Below the pieces are notes generated by a model. The model had not been told where the DNA came from. It did not search any database and saw only the letters and a list, made by a program, of their open reading frames with translations. 64,000 nucleotides of DNA from Hamiltosporidium tvaerminnensis FI-OER-3-3. Lineage: Eukaryota; Fungi; Microsporidia. Made by a program: the position numbers and the translations under genes. The stretch spans positions 868,001 through 932,000 of the forward strand of contig JAKIMF020000007.1 of assembly GCA_022605425.2 (NCBI GenBank), written 5' to 3'. Shown piece after piece: positions 50,417 to 61,810 of this stretch (within the stretch, counting starts at the first letter, position 1; each line of letters starts with the position of its first letter).

Positions 50417-52356
50417 GGGATTAAGCTTTCTTTTGTTTTAATATAATTAATATTCTATCTATTCATCAAAATATAAATTAAAAAAATCAATTTTTTTTGT
50501 TCTTTTGATAAAATAGAAAAGTATATAATTTAATCAGTTATTTACCTTTTTATCAGTTTAAAAACATTCTTCGAAAAGACCTACAAATTTTCATTTAAAA
50601 ATATAACTTTCATCTTTTAAAAAAGTAAATATTTTGTTAGAATAATTTAGTATGTGATTTGAAAATTATATTACTTCTCTATTAAGAAGAAATAAATAAA
50701 ACTAATAAAATACAAACTAGAAGTAAGTTATTTATTTTAAAGATGGCATATCTAAGTATAGTTTTACGTTATTCCACCGAAGTATTACAATCGATACTAA
50801 TTATCAAAAAACATTGGAAAATCTAGGATATCAAGGAAATTACTAAAACACATCAAAAACCTACGTTTATTCGAAAAAAAAAACAAATATATTAAAATTT
50901 GATATTTTCAGGTAAATAAACCAGTATATGAATGTAAAATCTGTAAAAATTTTACCTTTAAAACGATAGTTCTTAAAAAAGTCATAAATCCCAGTATCTT
51001 AGATAAATTACAATTAAATGATGCAATATTTTTATGATTAAATTCAAACATCTCTTAGATTCTACTCTGTAAGACACTTTAAATATAACATAAATTATTT
51101 ATTTTTAGATATAAATATTCTAATTTGAACAAATGAAAAGCATTTATCTAAGAATAATTAGAATGGAGACTGTGAAATATTTATGATTTATTTTATATTT
51201 CTTTACTGTAAATATTTATATTTTACCATTAAAAAATTTAAATTTATCCCAAACAAGTCAAATTATCTTTTTAACCAGTAAAATACAAATTTTATATTCT
51301 TAGATCATTTTAAATGTAAAACATAAGATTGTGTCTCAAAATAGTTTAAAGTTTTAATAAAATTGTATAAAACTTTTAAAAAATGCTAATAATTATTAAT
51401 TTTTAAGTGTAGATTTATCGTTAGGAAAAATATATGAGTATTTCAGTTTTTTATTCATTTTTAAAAGTACAATTAATACTTAACTATTTCATTCTCTTTA
51501 AATCTGAGGATCTAAGATGAACAAAAGAAAGTTTCAAATTCATTTTTTAATCTCTTGTAACTCGTGATTATAGGGAATTTACCTATAGACCGGATGTGGT
51601 TTGTATCCCACCAAAATGGCAAAATTTATTTTCTCATTAGTTACATTAATTCTACAGACTAATTACCAACCAGCTAATTATATTCTCTCTTAAACCCAAA
51701 TACAGTTAATACAATATTATATTACAAATCTTTATAAGAATATTTTAATAATATTTCCTTAAATATATATATAATTAGAACTCTAGTTTTCTAAACAATC
51801 TACATTTATTGCAGAAAATACAATTTATTTTTAGTATTTACTTTCTATATAGATAAGTATTATGATGAATTATAAATCTTTCATTAATTTTAGTTTTAGT
51901 TTGGCAATCTATTATTTTTTTAATTTCTCATTTGTATTTGACTTTGGTTTATATTTGAATAAAAAAACGGAAAAATTTTTAGTGTCAAAACGAAACGAAA
52001 ATAGAAATATATATTAAAGATATGTAAGAATATTTAGAAAAATAAGATAATTTTAAGATTTATTTTAAGATAATAAAATATATTTTGTAAGAGAATGAAT
52101 AAACCAAGGAAATGCTTCTTTAAAAGATAAGATAAAATATTTTGAAGAGAATAAATAAACCAAGGAAATGCTTCTTAAAAGATAAGATAAAAATAAAAAG
52201 TAAGTTTTAAGAATAACAAATACTAAGAAATTCTTTTATCAACTATTCAATCAACTAAAATAATTCTCTGACATATTTTTTGTGTTTCAAAATTTTTTAT
52301 AAGAATTTGTATTTATGAGATTTTATGTAATTTAAACGTAATAAAACCCTTTAATT

Positions 52357-53664
52357 ATGGATTTTGGTGAGGAATGTCCTATATGTTATTCTGAATATAC
52401 AAATACCGGTGGTCATAGAATAGTAGTATTGAAATGTGGGCATTTATTTGGATTACAATGTATAGAAGTAATGTTTGGAAGAAAGAAGACAATATTGTGT
52501 CCTTTGTGTTTTAAACCAAGCAGAAAAACTGACATCCGTTCAGTTTTTGCGTCTAAAATAGTTGCGTACGATTCAGAAAAAGAAGATTCTATTTTGAAAG
52601 ATTTATTTGAAGAGAAGAAAATCAAAGCAGAATTACAGGAAGAAAACTCACGTCTTTCTTCAAATTTGTATTACATACAATGTGAAATGCAGAGATTAGA
52701 AAAAGAAATAAATTTGTTAAAAAACTAGTTCGAATGAAAATAAATCAGAAGAGTACCGACTTAAAAGAAAGTTTAAACGAATAAAAATAAATTTTAAAAC
52801 AGAACGAAGTATTTTACTGTGCGACGATTTCAATTCTTATTTGTTTATTACTTTTTATAGTAATGAAGGTATTGGAATTAAAAAATATGATTTGGAAAAT
52901 CTGTTGATAAAAGACGTTTATAATTTGTTTGGATGTTGTGATGAATATTATTTTTGTATTTCTGATATCAAAGTAAGTCCGTATAAAGATGGAATTGTAG
53001 CTTGTTCGTATAAAAATAGTATTAAAGTAATTAATTCTATAACAGGACATATAATTAATATTTTTAGTGTACAAAGTAGAGTGTACAGTTTATGTTTTGA
53101 TAGTAAAGATAGAAATATATTATATTCTGGTGATGAACGTGGGTTTGTTACTGTATATGACTTTGACAAAAGGTCTAGTCCAAGAAATTATGGTAAATAC
53201 AAAATCTTTACATTCTATTTACAAATCAGGAAATATTATTTATTGCGGATCAATAAATGGAATTTTTTTAGTTACTTTTGATGAAAAACTTACTACACTG
53301 TTCACAATAAAAAAAGTACGACGAATCTTTTTACCAAGGTATTTGTACAAACTTATACGGAATAAATGATTTAATTTTGTGTACATTTAGAATGAATTCT
53401 ATTAATTCTACTCATAAAATTATTGGAATTGAAAATTTTAATTTATCTAATGATATAACACAATATAGAAGAATCAGAGATAAATTATTTAAAAATTATA
53501 TAATTTATTTAGATGAAAAGTATAACAAGGTTATAATATATGACTATTTGTCAGAAATGGTTGTTGATTCTTTTAAATTTAATGAAAGAATTATTGATTT
53601 TAATGTTTCAGATGAAAAAATATTTATTTTAACAGAAAATAGTCTCTTTCTCTTCAAGGAATAA
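52357..53664 (+). CDS. RFWD3: RING-finger + coiled-coil + WD40-like E3 ligase (RFWD3-like), split by three +1 frameshifts
   Basis: CPIC..GGHRIVVLKCGHLFGLQCI..CPLC RING. ORFs 52357..52728, 52841..53281, 53067..53369 and 53377..53664 join by removing one A from runs near 52720, 53168 and 53312. CCC upstream of ATG. Confidence 0.8.
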
Positions 53665-53970
53665 TTTTTATGAAATTTTTCAGATGAAAAAATATTTATT
53701 TTAACAGAAAATAGTCTCTTTCTCTTCAAGGAATAATTTTTATGAAATTTTTCATATGAAAAAATTTTTATTTTAACAGAAAATAGTCTCTTTCTCTTCA
53801 AGGAATAATTTTTATGAAATTTTTCAGATGAAAAAATATTTATTTTAACAGAAAATAGTCTCTTTCTCTTCAAGGAATAATTTTTATGAAATTTTTCAGA
53901 TGAAAAAATATTTATTTTAACAGAAAATAGTCTCTTTCTCTTCAAGGAATAATTTTTATGAAATTTTTCA
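53606..53970 (+). repeat. 5 x 72-bp tandem copies of the RFWD3-like gene's 3' end including the stop codon
   Basis: Period of exactly 72 (53609, 53681, 53753, 53825, 53897). The unit encodes SDEKIFILTENSLFLFKE* plus 15 nt. Confidence 0.95.
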
Positions 53971-54419
53971 TTCTCTGTACATTTACTATTACACTATAAA
54001 AAATATCAAAATTTATTACTTTACAAAGATTTACTAAAAAAAAAGAACAAAATTTTTTACTTTATTAGAATTTACTTGAACAGGAATAACATTTATATCT
54101 TTGCTAGAATTTACTATAAAAAAATAACAAAATTTATATTTTAATTCAAATTTATTGAAATCAACGTAAATTTATTTTATTTTATATAAAATTTACTCGC
54201 AAAAAATCAAATTTTATTTTATTTATTGATTAATTAAATTCGATTTGTATCTAATCTAATCTAAAATATTTTTAGTTTAAATTAGTATGTTAATTAAAAA
54301 CTATCCATTTTTATTTATAATACTTTTTCTACAGTTGTTATTACTATAGAACTTAACTAAATATTTATTTTACGTCGGATTCAAAACTATCACAATTTAT
54401 AATTATAAATTTATGGTTT

Positions 54420-54595
54420 GCATAAACCTTTATTTCACAAGGAGGAACCACTTTAGAGGAACCGACCAATAACATAAATGAAGAGTCGGATTTGGAAGAA
54501 GAGACAAAAGGGGTTAAAGAGGTAGAAGAAAACATATGAAAATGGTAAAAATGTTTTAACCCAGAATTTTATGAAATAAAATTGGTTTGCATAAA
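54420..54595 (+). mobile_element. Short 5'-truncated 3' end of the RLE-type LINE
   Basis: aatgaagagtcggatttggaagaagag...ttaacccagaatttta matches 23925-24017. Confidence 0.75.
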
Positions 54596-55849
54596 AACCA
54601 AAAATAGAATTTATAAACCAACATTTAAGAATAATGTAACTTATCCATAATTAATAATTAAATATTTCAAAGTTCTTTTATATTTACATTATTATTTCTT
54701 TAAATTCATCACTTATGTTTTCACTACAATTATTTCTGGTTCATTCAATATAGAAAATAAAAAACTGAATAAAAGATTATAATTATTTCTTTTATACAAC
54801 CGTATTTATACTTGTAAAATAACTTAAATAATAGTTTTTTTCATCTTGAAAAAATTATTATTTTAATTGCCTTGTTCTTTACATTTGATTATTCAATCTT
54901 ATTTGAATTTATAGTTGTTTTTGAATATTCTACTAATATTCTGAACTTATTTGTTTTTTTGAATGAATAATTTTTTCAGACGGTTTGTTTCTATCTTTAA
55001 TTTCTAGTGTTTTGATAGTTAGAAGATATTATTACGTAGAAATATCAAATCTAAAGGATAATTTAAAGATAATTGAGAAATGTGAAGATAAAGAGAATGT
55101 GTAAGGAATGGAAGAGATATGGGGAGATATAGAAATAATTGAGAAATGTGAAGATAAAGAGAATTGGTAAGGAATGGAAGAGATATGGGAAGATATAGAA
55201 ATAAAAGTAAATAATTGAGAAAAAATAGGAAGAAATATCAATGATTAAGGAATGATAAATACTATAGATTATATGTTTTTTTAATTTGTATTGGAAATCT
55301 TTATAATTTAAAAATTATTTTCATTTTATTTTAAAAATTTACTTTTTCATACTTATATATCTTTGATTTTAAGTTATTTATGTATTTTTAATTTTTAATC
55401 ATTTCTTTTATATTCCTAGATAATTCCTAGATATTGCTTATTGATATTAAATAAATTAAAAAATTAATTAAAAATAACTTTTTGAATTTTAGTATTTGAT
55501 AAAAATAGATATATTAAAATCTATAATAGGTTAAAATGATTCTAAGAGAATAAGAGAATGAATAGTTTTATTTTTTAACCTTCAATATAGAAATATTTAT
55601 TAGTAACAATAATTCTAAGAAGTTTTAATATAAATACATTAGACAAAAAAGAATATTATTATTCAGAACGGTGTAACCTAGAAATCAAGCTAAAAAATAA
55701 AAAGAAATATTCAAACACTAATAAAAATGCACGAATATACAAACAATAAATATTAATAGTTTACTGAATTATTTATTTGTTTATTTGATAAGGAAATATG
55801 AAACATGTTTTGAATTTCTATTATATAAGAACACATAATATTATTTGTT

Positions 55850-56665
55850 ATGAAAACATTACAATTCATACTTCTTCTCATCTTTTCATATTCTATTCTA
55901 CTCAATATATATTATTACACAATTCTAGGTGGTACAAGAACAATGAGATTATCATATAATCTAGTGATTGATTGCGTTAATGATTCTTTATTGGTTATTT
56001 CAAATGTATTTTTTATAATTTCTTTTAATTATACTTATAGGTCATTACAGAAGATCTTTAAAAATGTAATTGTTAATACAAATGAAATATTGAAGAATAT
56101 ATTGGAGATTATATTGGAGAATGTGTTTAGAAAAGAATTATATGAGAAATTATTGTTGAAAGTATCGAAGAATATCTTGGATAATTTATTAATCATTATT
56201 TCAATGAAAATATTAAAGAAGACATTGTTTGAGATTTTCGAATCTAAAATATTAAAGACACTATCGGAGATATACAATTTGAATACAGTGAAGAAGACTC
56301 TACTGGAGGTATACAATTTGAATATAGTAAAGAAGATTCTACTTGAGATATTATCATGGAAAATATTAAAGAAGACTCTATTTGAGATAGGCAGATCAGA
56401 AATATTAATGACTTTATTAGAGATATTTAAATGGGAAATATTAAAGAAGACTCTATTGGTAATATTAAAATCGAAAATGTTCAAGATTCTATTAAATATA
56501 TTCTCGCTAAATACCTTAAAGAATGTCGCAATGAATTTCTATATGAATATACTGGAATGGTATTTCATTTTAAACAACAAAGTAAATATTTTAGTATTGA
56601 AATATCCTAAAAAATATTTTATTGAAGATAATTTGTTGGAAAATGATAAGGACTTTGTTGTATAA
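55850..56665 (+). CDS. 271-aa hypothetical protein with an N-terminal hydrophobic segment and 12-13-aa amphipathic repeats
   Basis: Intact ORF with ~9 KILKKTLFEI-like units. No CCC motif seen upstream. Confidence 0.55.
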   Translation: MKTLQFILLLIFSYSILLNIYYYTILGGTRTMRLSYNLVIDCVNDSLLVISNVFFIISFNYTYRSLQKIFKNVIVNTNEILKNILEIILENVFRKELYEKLLLKVSKNILDNLLIIISMKILKKTLFEIFESKILKTLSEIYNLNTVKKTLLEVYNLNIVKKILLEILSWKILKKTLFEIGRSEILMTLLEIFKWEILKKTLLVILKSKMFKILLNIFSLNTLKNVAMNFYMNILEWYFILNNKVNILVLKYPKKYFIEDNLLENDKDFVV

Positions 56666-57089
56666 GTATTGGGGCTAGGCAATCCCCTTTAAACTGTCTT
56701 GGATAATTAGATAAATCAACTAGATATATAGATAATGGAATATAATTGTGTTATTCTGATATTTATATAACGAGATCATTATAGTTTTCGATTATAAGAT
56801 TCTTGAGATTATGTGATTATATGGTAATGTGTCGGTATTAGAGAGAGTAATTAATAATATTGAGATTTAATAAAGAAGTATAAAAAATATGTTGTTGATT
56901 TATTTAATTTTCAAATAAATAGAGATTAGTTTCTTAAAATCATTTAAATTCTAGATTTTTATAAAATTATATCAAAAAACAATAAATTTTTTAACTTTAT
57001 TTTGTTTTAATTTATAATTCATTTTTAATTCGAAACTTCTATTTTTGTATTCAATCTATATTTTTCATTTCTTATTTTCCTAATCACTG

Positions 57090-57566
57090 TATTTTCTTTC
57101 ATAAACTATAATAAATATACAAAATGAACTATACAATCATTACCCTTCTATTTAAATCTCTTATCACATATTTTCTTTCATAAACTATAATAAATATACT
57201 TACTGAATTATACAATCATTACCCTTCTATTTAAATCTCTTATCACATATATTATTCCATATCAATTATTATATTAAACATCCAAATAATAGAATAATTA
57301 GATTTTTTTATTTATATTTTTTAATTTATCTAATCAATAATCTCTATTCTTTTAAATATTCCATATCAATTATTATATTAAACATCCAAATAATAGAATA
57401 ATTAGATTTTTTTATTTATATATTTTAATTTATCTAATCAATAATCTCATATTCTTTTAAATATTCCATATCAATTATTATATTAAACATCCAAATAATA
57501 GAATAATTAGATTTTTTTATTTATATATTTTAATTTATCTAATCAATAATCTCATATTCTTTTAAA
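57090..57566. repeat. Non-coding tandem duplications (79 bp x2; ~104 bp x3)
   Basis: ttttctttcataaactataataaatatac.. occurs twice; attccatatcaattattatattaaacatcc.. occurs three times. Confidence 0.9.
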
Positions 57567-57816
57567 TTTTAAACATACAAACATATACATTTACATATCA
57601 ATAAATAATAAAAAAACAAAATATTTATTAAAAAAAACATTTTCTCAAGTTTTCTTTACATTCAGCTATAAATTAAATAAAATGAATAACAGATAATCAC
57701 CAGGTATAAAATAGAGTCTATAAAACCCAGCCTAGACTTTTATAATTTTTAAAGAATCTACACTATTTAAATAAAAAATAAAACTTAAATAAAAAATACA
57801 ACAAATACAACACACC

Positions 57817-58088
57817 TCTACATTTATTTTTATCTGCACCCACACATCTCACACTCATCAATACCTTCCTTATTAAGAAAAAACTTCTACATTTATTTTT
57901 ATCTGCACCCACACATCTCACACTCATCAATACCTTCCTTATTAAGAAAAAACTTCTACATTTATTTTTATCTGCACCCACACATCTCACACTCATCAAT
58001 ACCTTCCTTATTAAGAAAAAACTTCTAAATTTATTTTTATCTGCACCCACACATCTCACACTCATCAATACCTTCCTTATTAAGAAAA
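57817..58088 (-). repeat. 4 x 69-bp tandem copies of the NPL4 3' end including the stop codon and AATAAA
   Basis: Period 69 (57817, 57886, 57955, 58024). The unit encodes FLNKEGIDECEMCGCR* plus ~18 nt. Confidence 0.95.
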
Positions 58089-60172
58089 GTACAAACACTA
58101 CACTCCCACTCAACACACTCATATTTCTTAAAATTACCACGCCACACTCTAAATTCTTCTCCTTCCAAAAACACCCTCAACTGTTTCTTATCTCCCTTAA
58201 TTGCCTCAATAATATATTCTGTATTACAATTATCCTCCATCATTCTCAATAAAACATTTAAATTTGAAAATTTTTCTAATCTAAAATCTCCATTGAAATA
58301 TCTACCAACTTTTTTCCAAGTCCATTTTCTATTAAAATATTCTTTAGAAATAAAAATATTGTCATCGATATTTGTATTAGGAGTATCTTTGTTATTATTC
58401 TCTCTTATATTATCTCTCTTGTAACTATCATCCCTCTTGTTACTATCATCCCTCTTGTTACTATCATCCCTCTTGTTACTATCATCCTTCTTGTTACTAT
58501 CATCTCTATTATTACTACTACTCGCCTCTGGTATTCCATGTGTCAGTTTTACTATCATATATTCACACGGAAAGAATTTACTATCTCTCTCACTAACAAT
58601 CTTATCTCCTTCCTTCTTCTTAAACACAACACTTAAATCTTTAACTCCTAAAACATTTCGATCAGTACTACAAAACACCTTATCCTGTTCAAACAGTGAC
58701 ATACACTGTTCACTTACCATATACTCATGCGGTACAATCTCTTCTTTATCTTTTTTAAGTACAATTGTAAAGAATCTGCTATTAAAATTACAATCTCTAT
58801 ATTTGAAAGGAAAAATCCGTTGAAAATACGAAATAAAGTTTAATTCTAAAGAAGATAAAAAAATATTTGAGTTTTTTGTTATGTCTGTATAAATCATACC
58901 AATTATTTCTAATTTAAAGGTATCTAAAATCTTACACAGATTTAAAGCATTTTTATATTTTATAACCTCTACCTTGTCCTTTGATACATCAGATATATTC
59001 TTTGATGTTTTGTTCTTTGATCCATTCGATTTATGTTTTGATCCATTGGATATATTTCCCATCTCTTCTCCACTTTTCTTTCCATCTCCACTTTTCTTTC
59101 CATCTCCACTTTTCTTTCCATCTCCATTTTTCTTTCCTTCTCCACTTTTCTTTCCATCTCCACTTTTCTTTCCATCTCCACTCACACCCCCACCCAGTGT
59201 CCTTCCTACACCTCTCATTCGCTTTTTTCTCTGTTCCTCACAAAATATCTTAATCTCGTCTTCATCCAAACAGAACCCATCAGGAAAGTTCTGTTGTTCA
59301 GGTTCATACACACACATAACCCTTCCTTGAATTCCTTCCTCAACAAACCCATACTTTTCATATTTTCCTATCAAAAGTCCAAATCTCTGTTTTTGTGTAT
59401 TTTTATAATTAATTATTAGATTTTCTATTTGTGGTAAACAATTAGCCGTTATTAATATATGATCTACCATACGATATATCTGAGGAATTATATGAAAATA
59501 TGTGTTACATGATGAACATTTAGTATTACTTGGATGTTCACATCTCTTTGGAAATGAAGTAGGCGATACTGATGTATGGTTTGTGTAACTGAAAAATGAA
59601 AAGTATTTTGGTTGGTGCGTTGGATAATCTGGTGCACAGGAAGGACACATAGCATTTGAAGGGTGGTTGCATTTCTTAGGTAACTTGGTATTACTACTAT
59701 TGTCCTTATTACTAGTATCCTTTATATCCTTATTACTAGTATCCTTTATATCCTTATTACTAGTATCCTTCATATCCTTATTACTAGTATCCTTCATATC
59801 CTTATCCTTCATATTCTTATCTTCATTCATATCCCTATCCTTACTCATATTCTTATCCTTACTCATATCCTCACTCATATTCTTATCCTTACTCTTATAT
59901 TTAAGTACAACTTTATTGCTTTCTTTTGGTTTATTTTCAGTTGTAAGTAATGTATCAGTTTCTATAGAATAATGTATGTATAAATATTGACCGGGTTGTA
60001 ATTTAAGTTCCTGTATAGGTACATCAGTTAAAATAACATTTTTACATTCTTCATCAGTAGATACTTTGTAGGTGGATGTGTTAAACTTTTCTGGTAATAT
60101 TTCGTCTAATTTAGATGTAAGTGGTATGTCAAGTCTTATAAATTTTGTTGGTCCTTGTATTCTTAGTATCAT
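58037..60172 (-). CDS. NPL4: Nuclear protein localization protein 4 (Cdc48/p97 cofactor)
   Basis: N-terminal MILRIQGP UBL-like domain, two CHCC fingers (CNHPSNAMCPSC, CEHPSNTKCSSC), QIYRMVDH, QRFGLLIG, VYEPEQ, IGMIYTD, and a C-terminal NZF (WECSVCTFLN..CEMC). CCCC upstream of ATG. Confidence 0.93.
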   Translation of the reverse strand: MILRIQGPTKFIRLDIPLTSKLDEILPEKFNTSTYKVSTDEECKNVILTDVPIQELKLQPGQYLYIHYSIETDTLLTTENKPKESNKVVLKYKSKDKNMSEDMSKDKNMSKDRDMNEDKNMKDKDMKDTSNKDMKDTSNKDIKDTSNKDIKDTSNKDNSSNTKLPKKCNHPSNAMCPSCAPDYPTHQPKYFSFFSYTNHTSVSPTSFPKRCEHPSNTKCSSCNTYFHIIPQIYRMVDHILITANCLPQIENLIINYKNTQKQRFGLLIGKYEKYGFVEEGIQGRVMCVYEPEQQNFPDGFCLDEDEIKIFCEEQRKKRMRGVGRTLGGGVSGDGKKSGDGKKSGEGKKNGDGKKSGDGKKSGDGKKSGEEMGNISNGSKHKSNGSKNKTSKNISDVSKDKVEVIKYKNALNLCKILDTFKLEIIGMIYTDITKNSNIFLSSLELNFISYFQRIFPFKYRDCNFNSRFFTIVLKKDKEEIVPHEYMVSEQCMSLFEQDKVFCSTDRNVLGVKDLSVVFKKKEGDKIVSERDSKFFPCEYMIVKLTHGIPEASSSNNRDDSNKKDDSNKRDDSNKRDDSNKRDDSYKRDNIRENNNKDTPNTNIDDNIFISKEYFNRKWTWKKVGRYFNGDFRLEKFSNLNVLLRMMEDNCNTEYIIEAIKGDKKQLRVFLEGEEFRVWRGNFKKYECVEWECSVCTFLNKEGIDECEMCGCR

Positions 60173-60177
60173 TTTGG

Positions 60178-60900
60178 GGTGTAATTTATAAGATAATTTG
60201 TTATTTGTGTGAGTTTTATTTATAAAGAGTGAAGTAGAGGTGTAATTTATAAGATAATTTGTTATTTGTGTAGATGGATGTTAATTATAAGGGAGGGAAG
60301 TAGAGGTGTTAATTATAAAGCAATTTGTTATTTGTAATTTGTTATTGTGTAGGTGTTAATTATAAGGAAGGGAAGTAGAGGTGTTAATTATAAAGCAATT
60401 TGTTATTTGTTATTGTGTGGGTGTTAATTATAAGAAGGGAAGTAGAGGTGTTAATTATAAGAGGGAGGGAGGTAGAGGTGTTAATTATAAAAAGTGAAGT
60501 AGAGGTGTTAATTATAAGGAGGGAAGTACATGTGTTAATTATAAGAAGGGAAGTAGAGGTGTTAATTAATTGGAGGGAGAAGTTTAAATTATAAGAAGAA
60601 AATGTATTGTTAATACTAAAAAGATAGGAAATGTGTTATTTCTAATTTAATTTTTTATTAATTTAGAAGGATGTTAATTATAAGAAGGGCTGTTGTTTAA
60701 ATTATAAGGTATTATGTGGTCTATGTAGTTGGGGATTTAAAATATATGGAGGGAGTGATAAGAGTTGTTATTTATGAGGAGAAAGTGAGGGGGTGTTAAT
60801 TATAAGAAGGGTATATTCCTTGTAAATGTAATTTAAAGTGGAGGGAGGGTATATTATTGTTAATTATAAGAAAGAAAGATGTATTGTTAATTATAAGAAG
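60178..60900. repeat. Upstream repeat field of NPL4: 61-bp-period duplication and ~27-bp gtgttaattataaggagggaagtagag units
   Basis: Direct repeats at 60178 and 60239, plus multiple units in 60280-60600. Confidence 0.85.
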
Positions 60901-60929
60901 GAAATATAAAATATTTTTAAAGAAAGAAA

Positions 60930-61810
60930 TATAAAATATTTTTAAAGAAGTGGCATATTTTTTTATTGGTATTTCTACACAGTTCTAGATTTAAAATAAA
61001 TATTCTTTTCTATCTCTTCATTGGTATTTATTAGAATAGCTTAATAGTACAGCTTTTAATATAAAAAAAAAGAGTGTAGAACTATTATATGAGTGGGTTG
61101 GTATATAGTTTATTAAATATTGATATCTAAAGTATAATTATAAGAGAACTTTTACTTGGGTTTTCCAAAGACTATCTAGCATTTTTACTTGGTCTACACA
61201 TTTTTAACTTGATAAACTTCTAGCTAAGATATATCTCAGAGATTTGTATGAAACAAGTCTATATAATACAATGTCATACAAGCAAGTACAAACTGTTTCA
61301 GAACTTTTCTGAATTTTTAAAACTATGTTTTTTTATATCTCTTTAGTGTTAAACATCCTAACTATAGTGACCAAGAATAGAAATATTTTTTACATGAAAT
61401 CATCTAAAATTTTGGTATTTTTTTTATATCTCTTTAGTGTTAAACATCTTAACTATGGTGACCAAGAATAGAAATATTTTTTACATGAAATTATCTAAAA
61501 TTTTGGTATTTTTTTTACAATTAAGATATTTAAATAACTGAAAACTAGATTTATGTAATTTTTTTTAATCATTTTTTCCAACTTATTTATATCTTCTTCT
61601 TTACAAATATATATGGAACAATCCACAAATAATGATGTTTTATTCTTCTTAAAATCTAAATAATTATTTTAATACAAATTTCATATTCTTATTCCTAAGT
61701 AGATAGTTTTTAGTTGAGGTATTCTTCTTATAGAGAAATTAATTAATTCATCAAATTTTATATAATTATTCCTAAGTAGATAGTTTTTAGTTGAGGTATT
61801 CTTCTTATAT
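60930..61810 (-). mobile_element. Degraded copy of the ~720-bp element with internal ~90-bp and 77-bp tandem duplications
   Basis: cagttctag, aagactat, ataaacttctagctaagatatat, caatgtcatac and atggaacaa are collinear with 9854-10570. Confidence 0.75.

Noticed and set aside
50990-51690. Additional very old copy of the 720-bp element
   Set aside because: Only short matches (tgtggtttgtatcccaccaaaat), so boundaries cannot be supported.
52715-52730. Euplotes-style programmed +1 frameshift
   Set aside because: Only this site has a stop adjacent to the A-run. The others do not share a slippery-stop motif, so homopolymer error is simpler.
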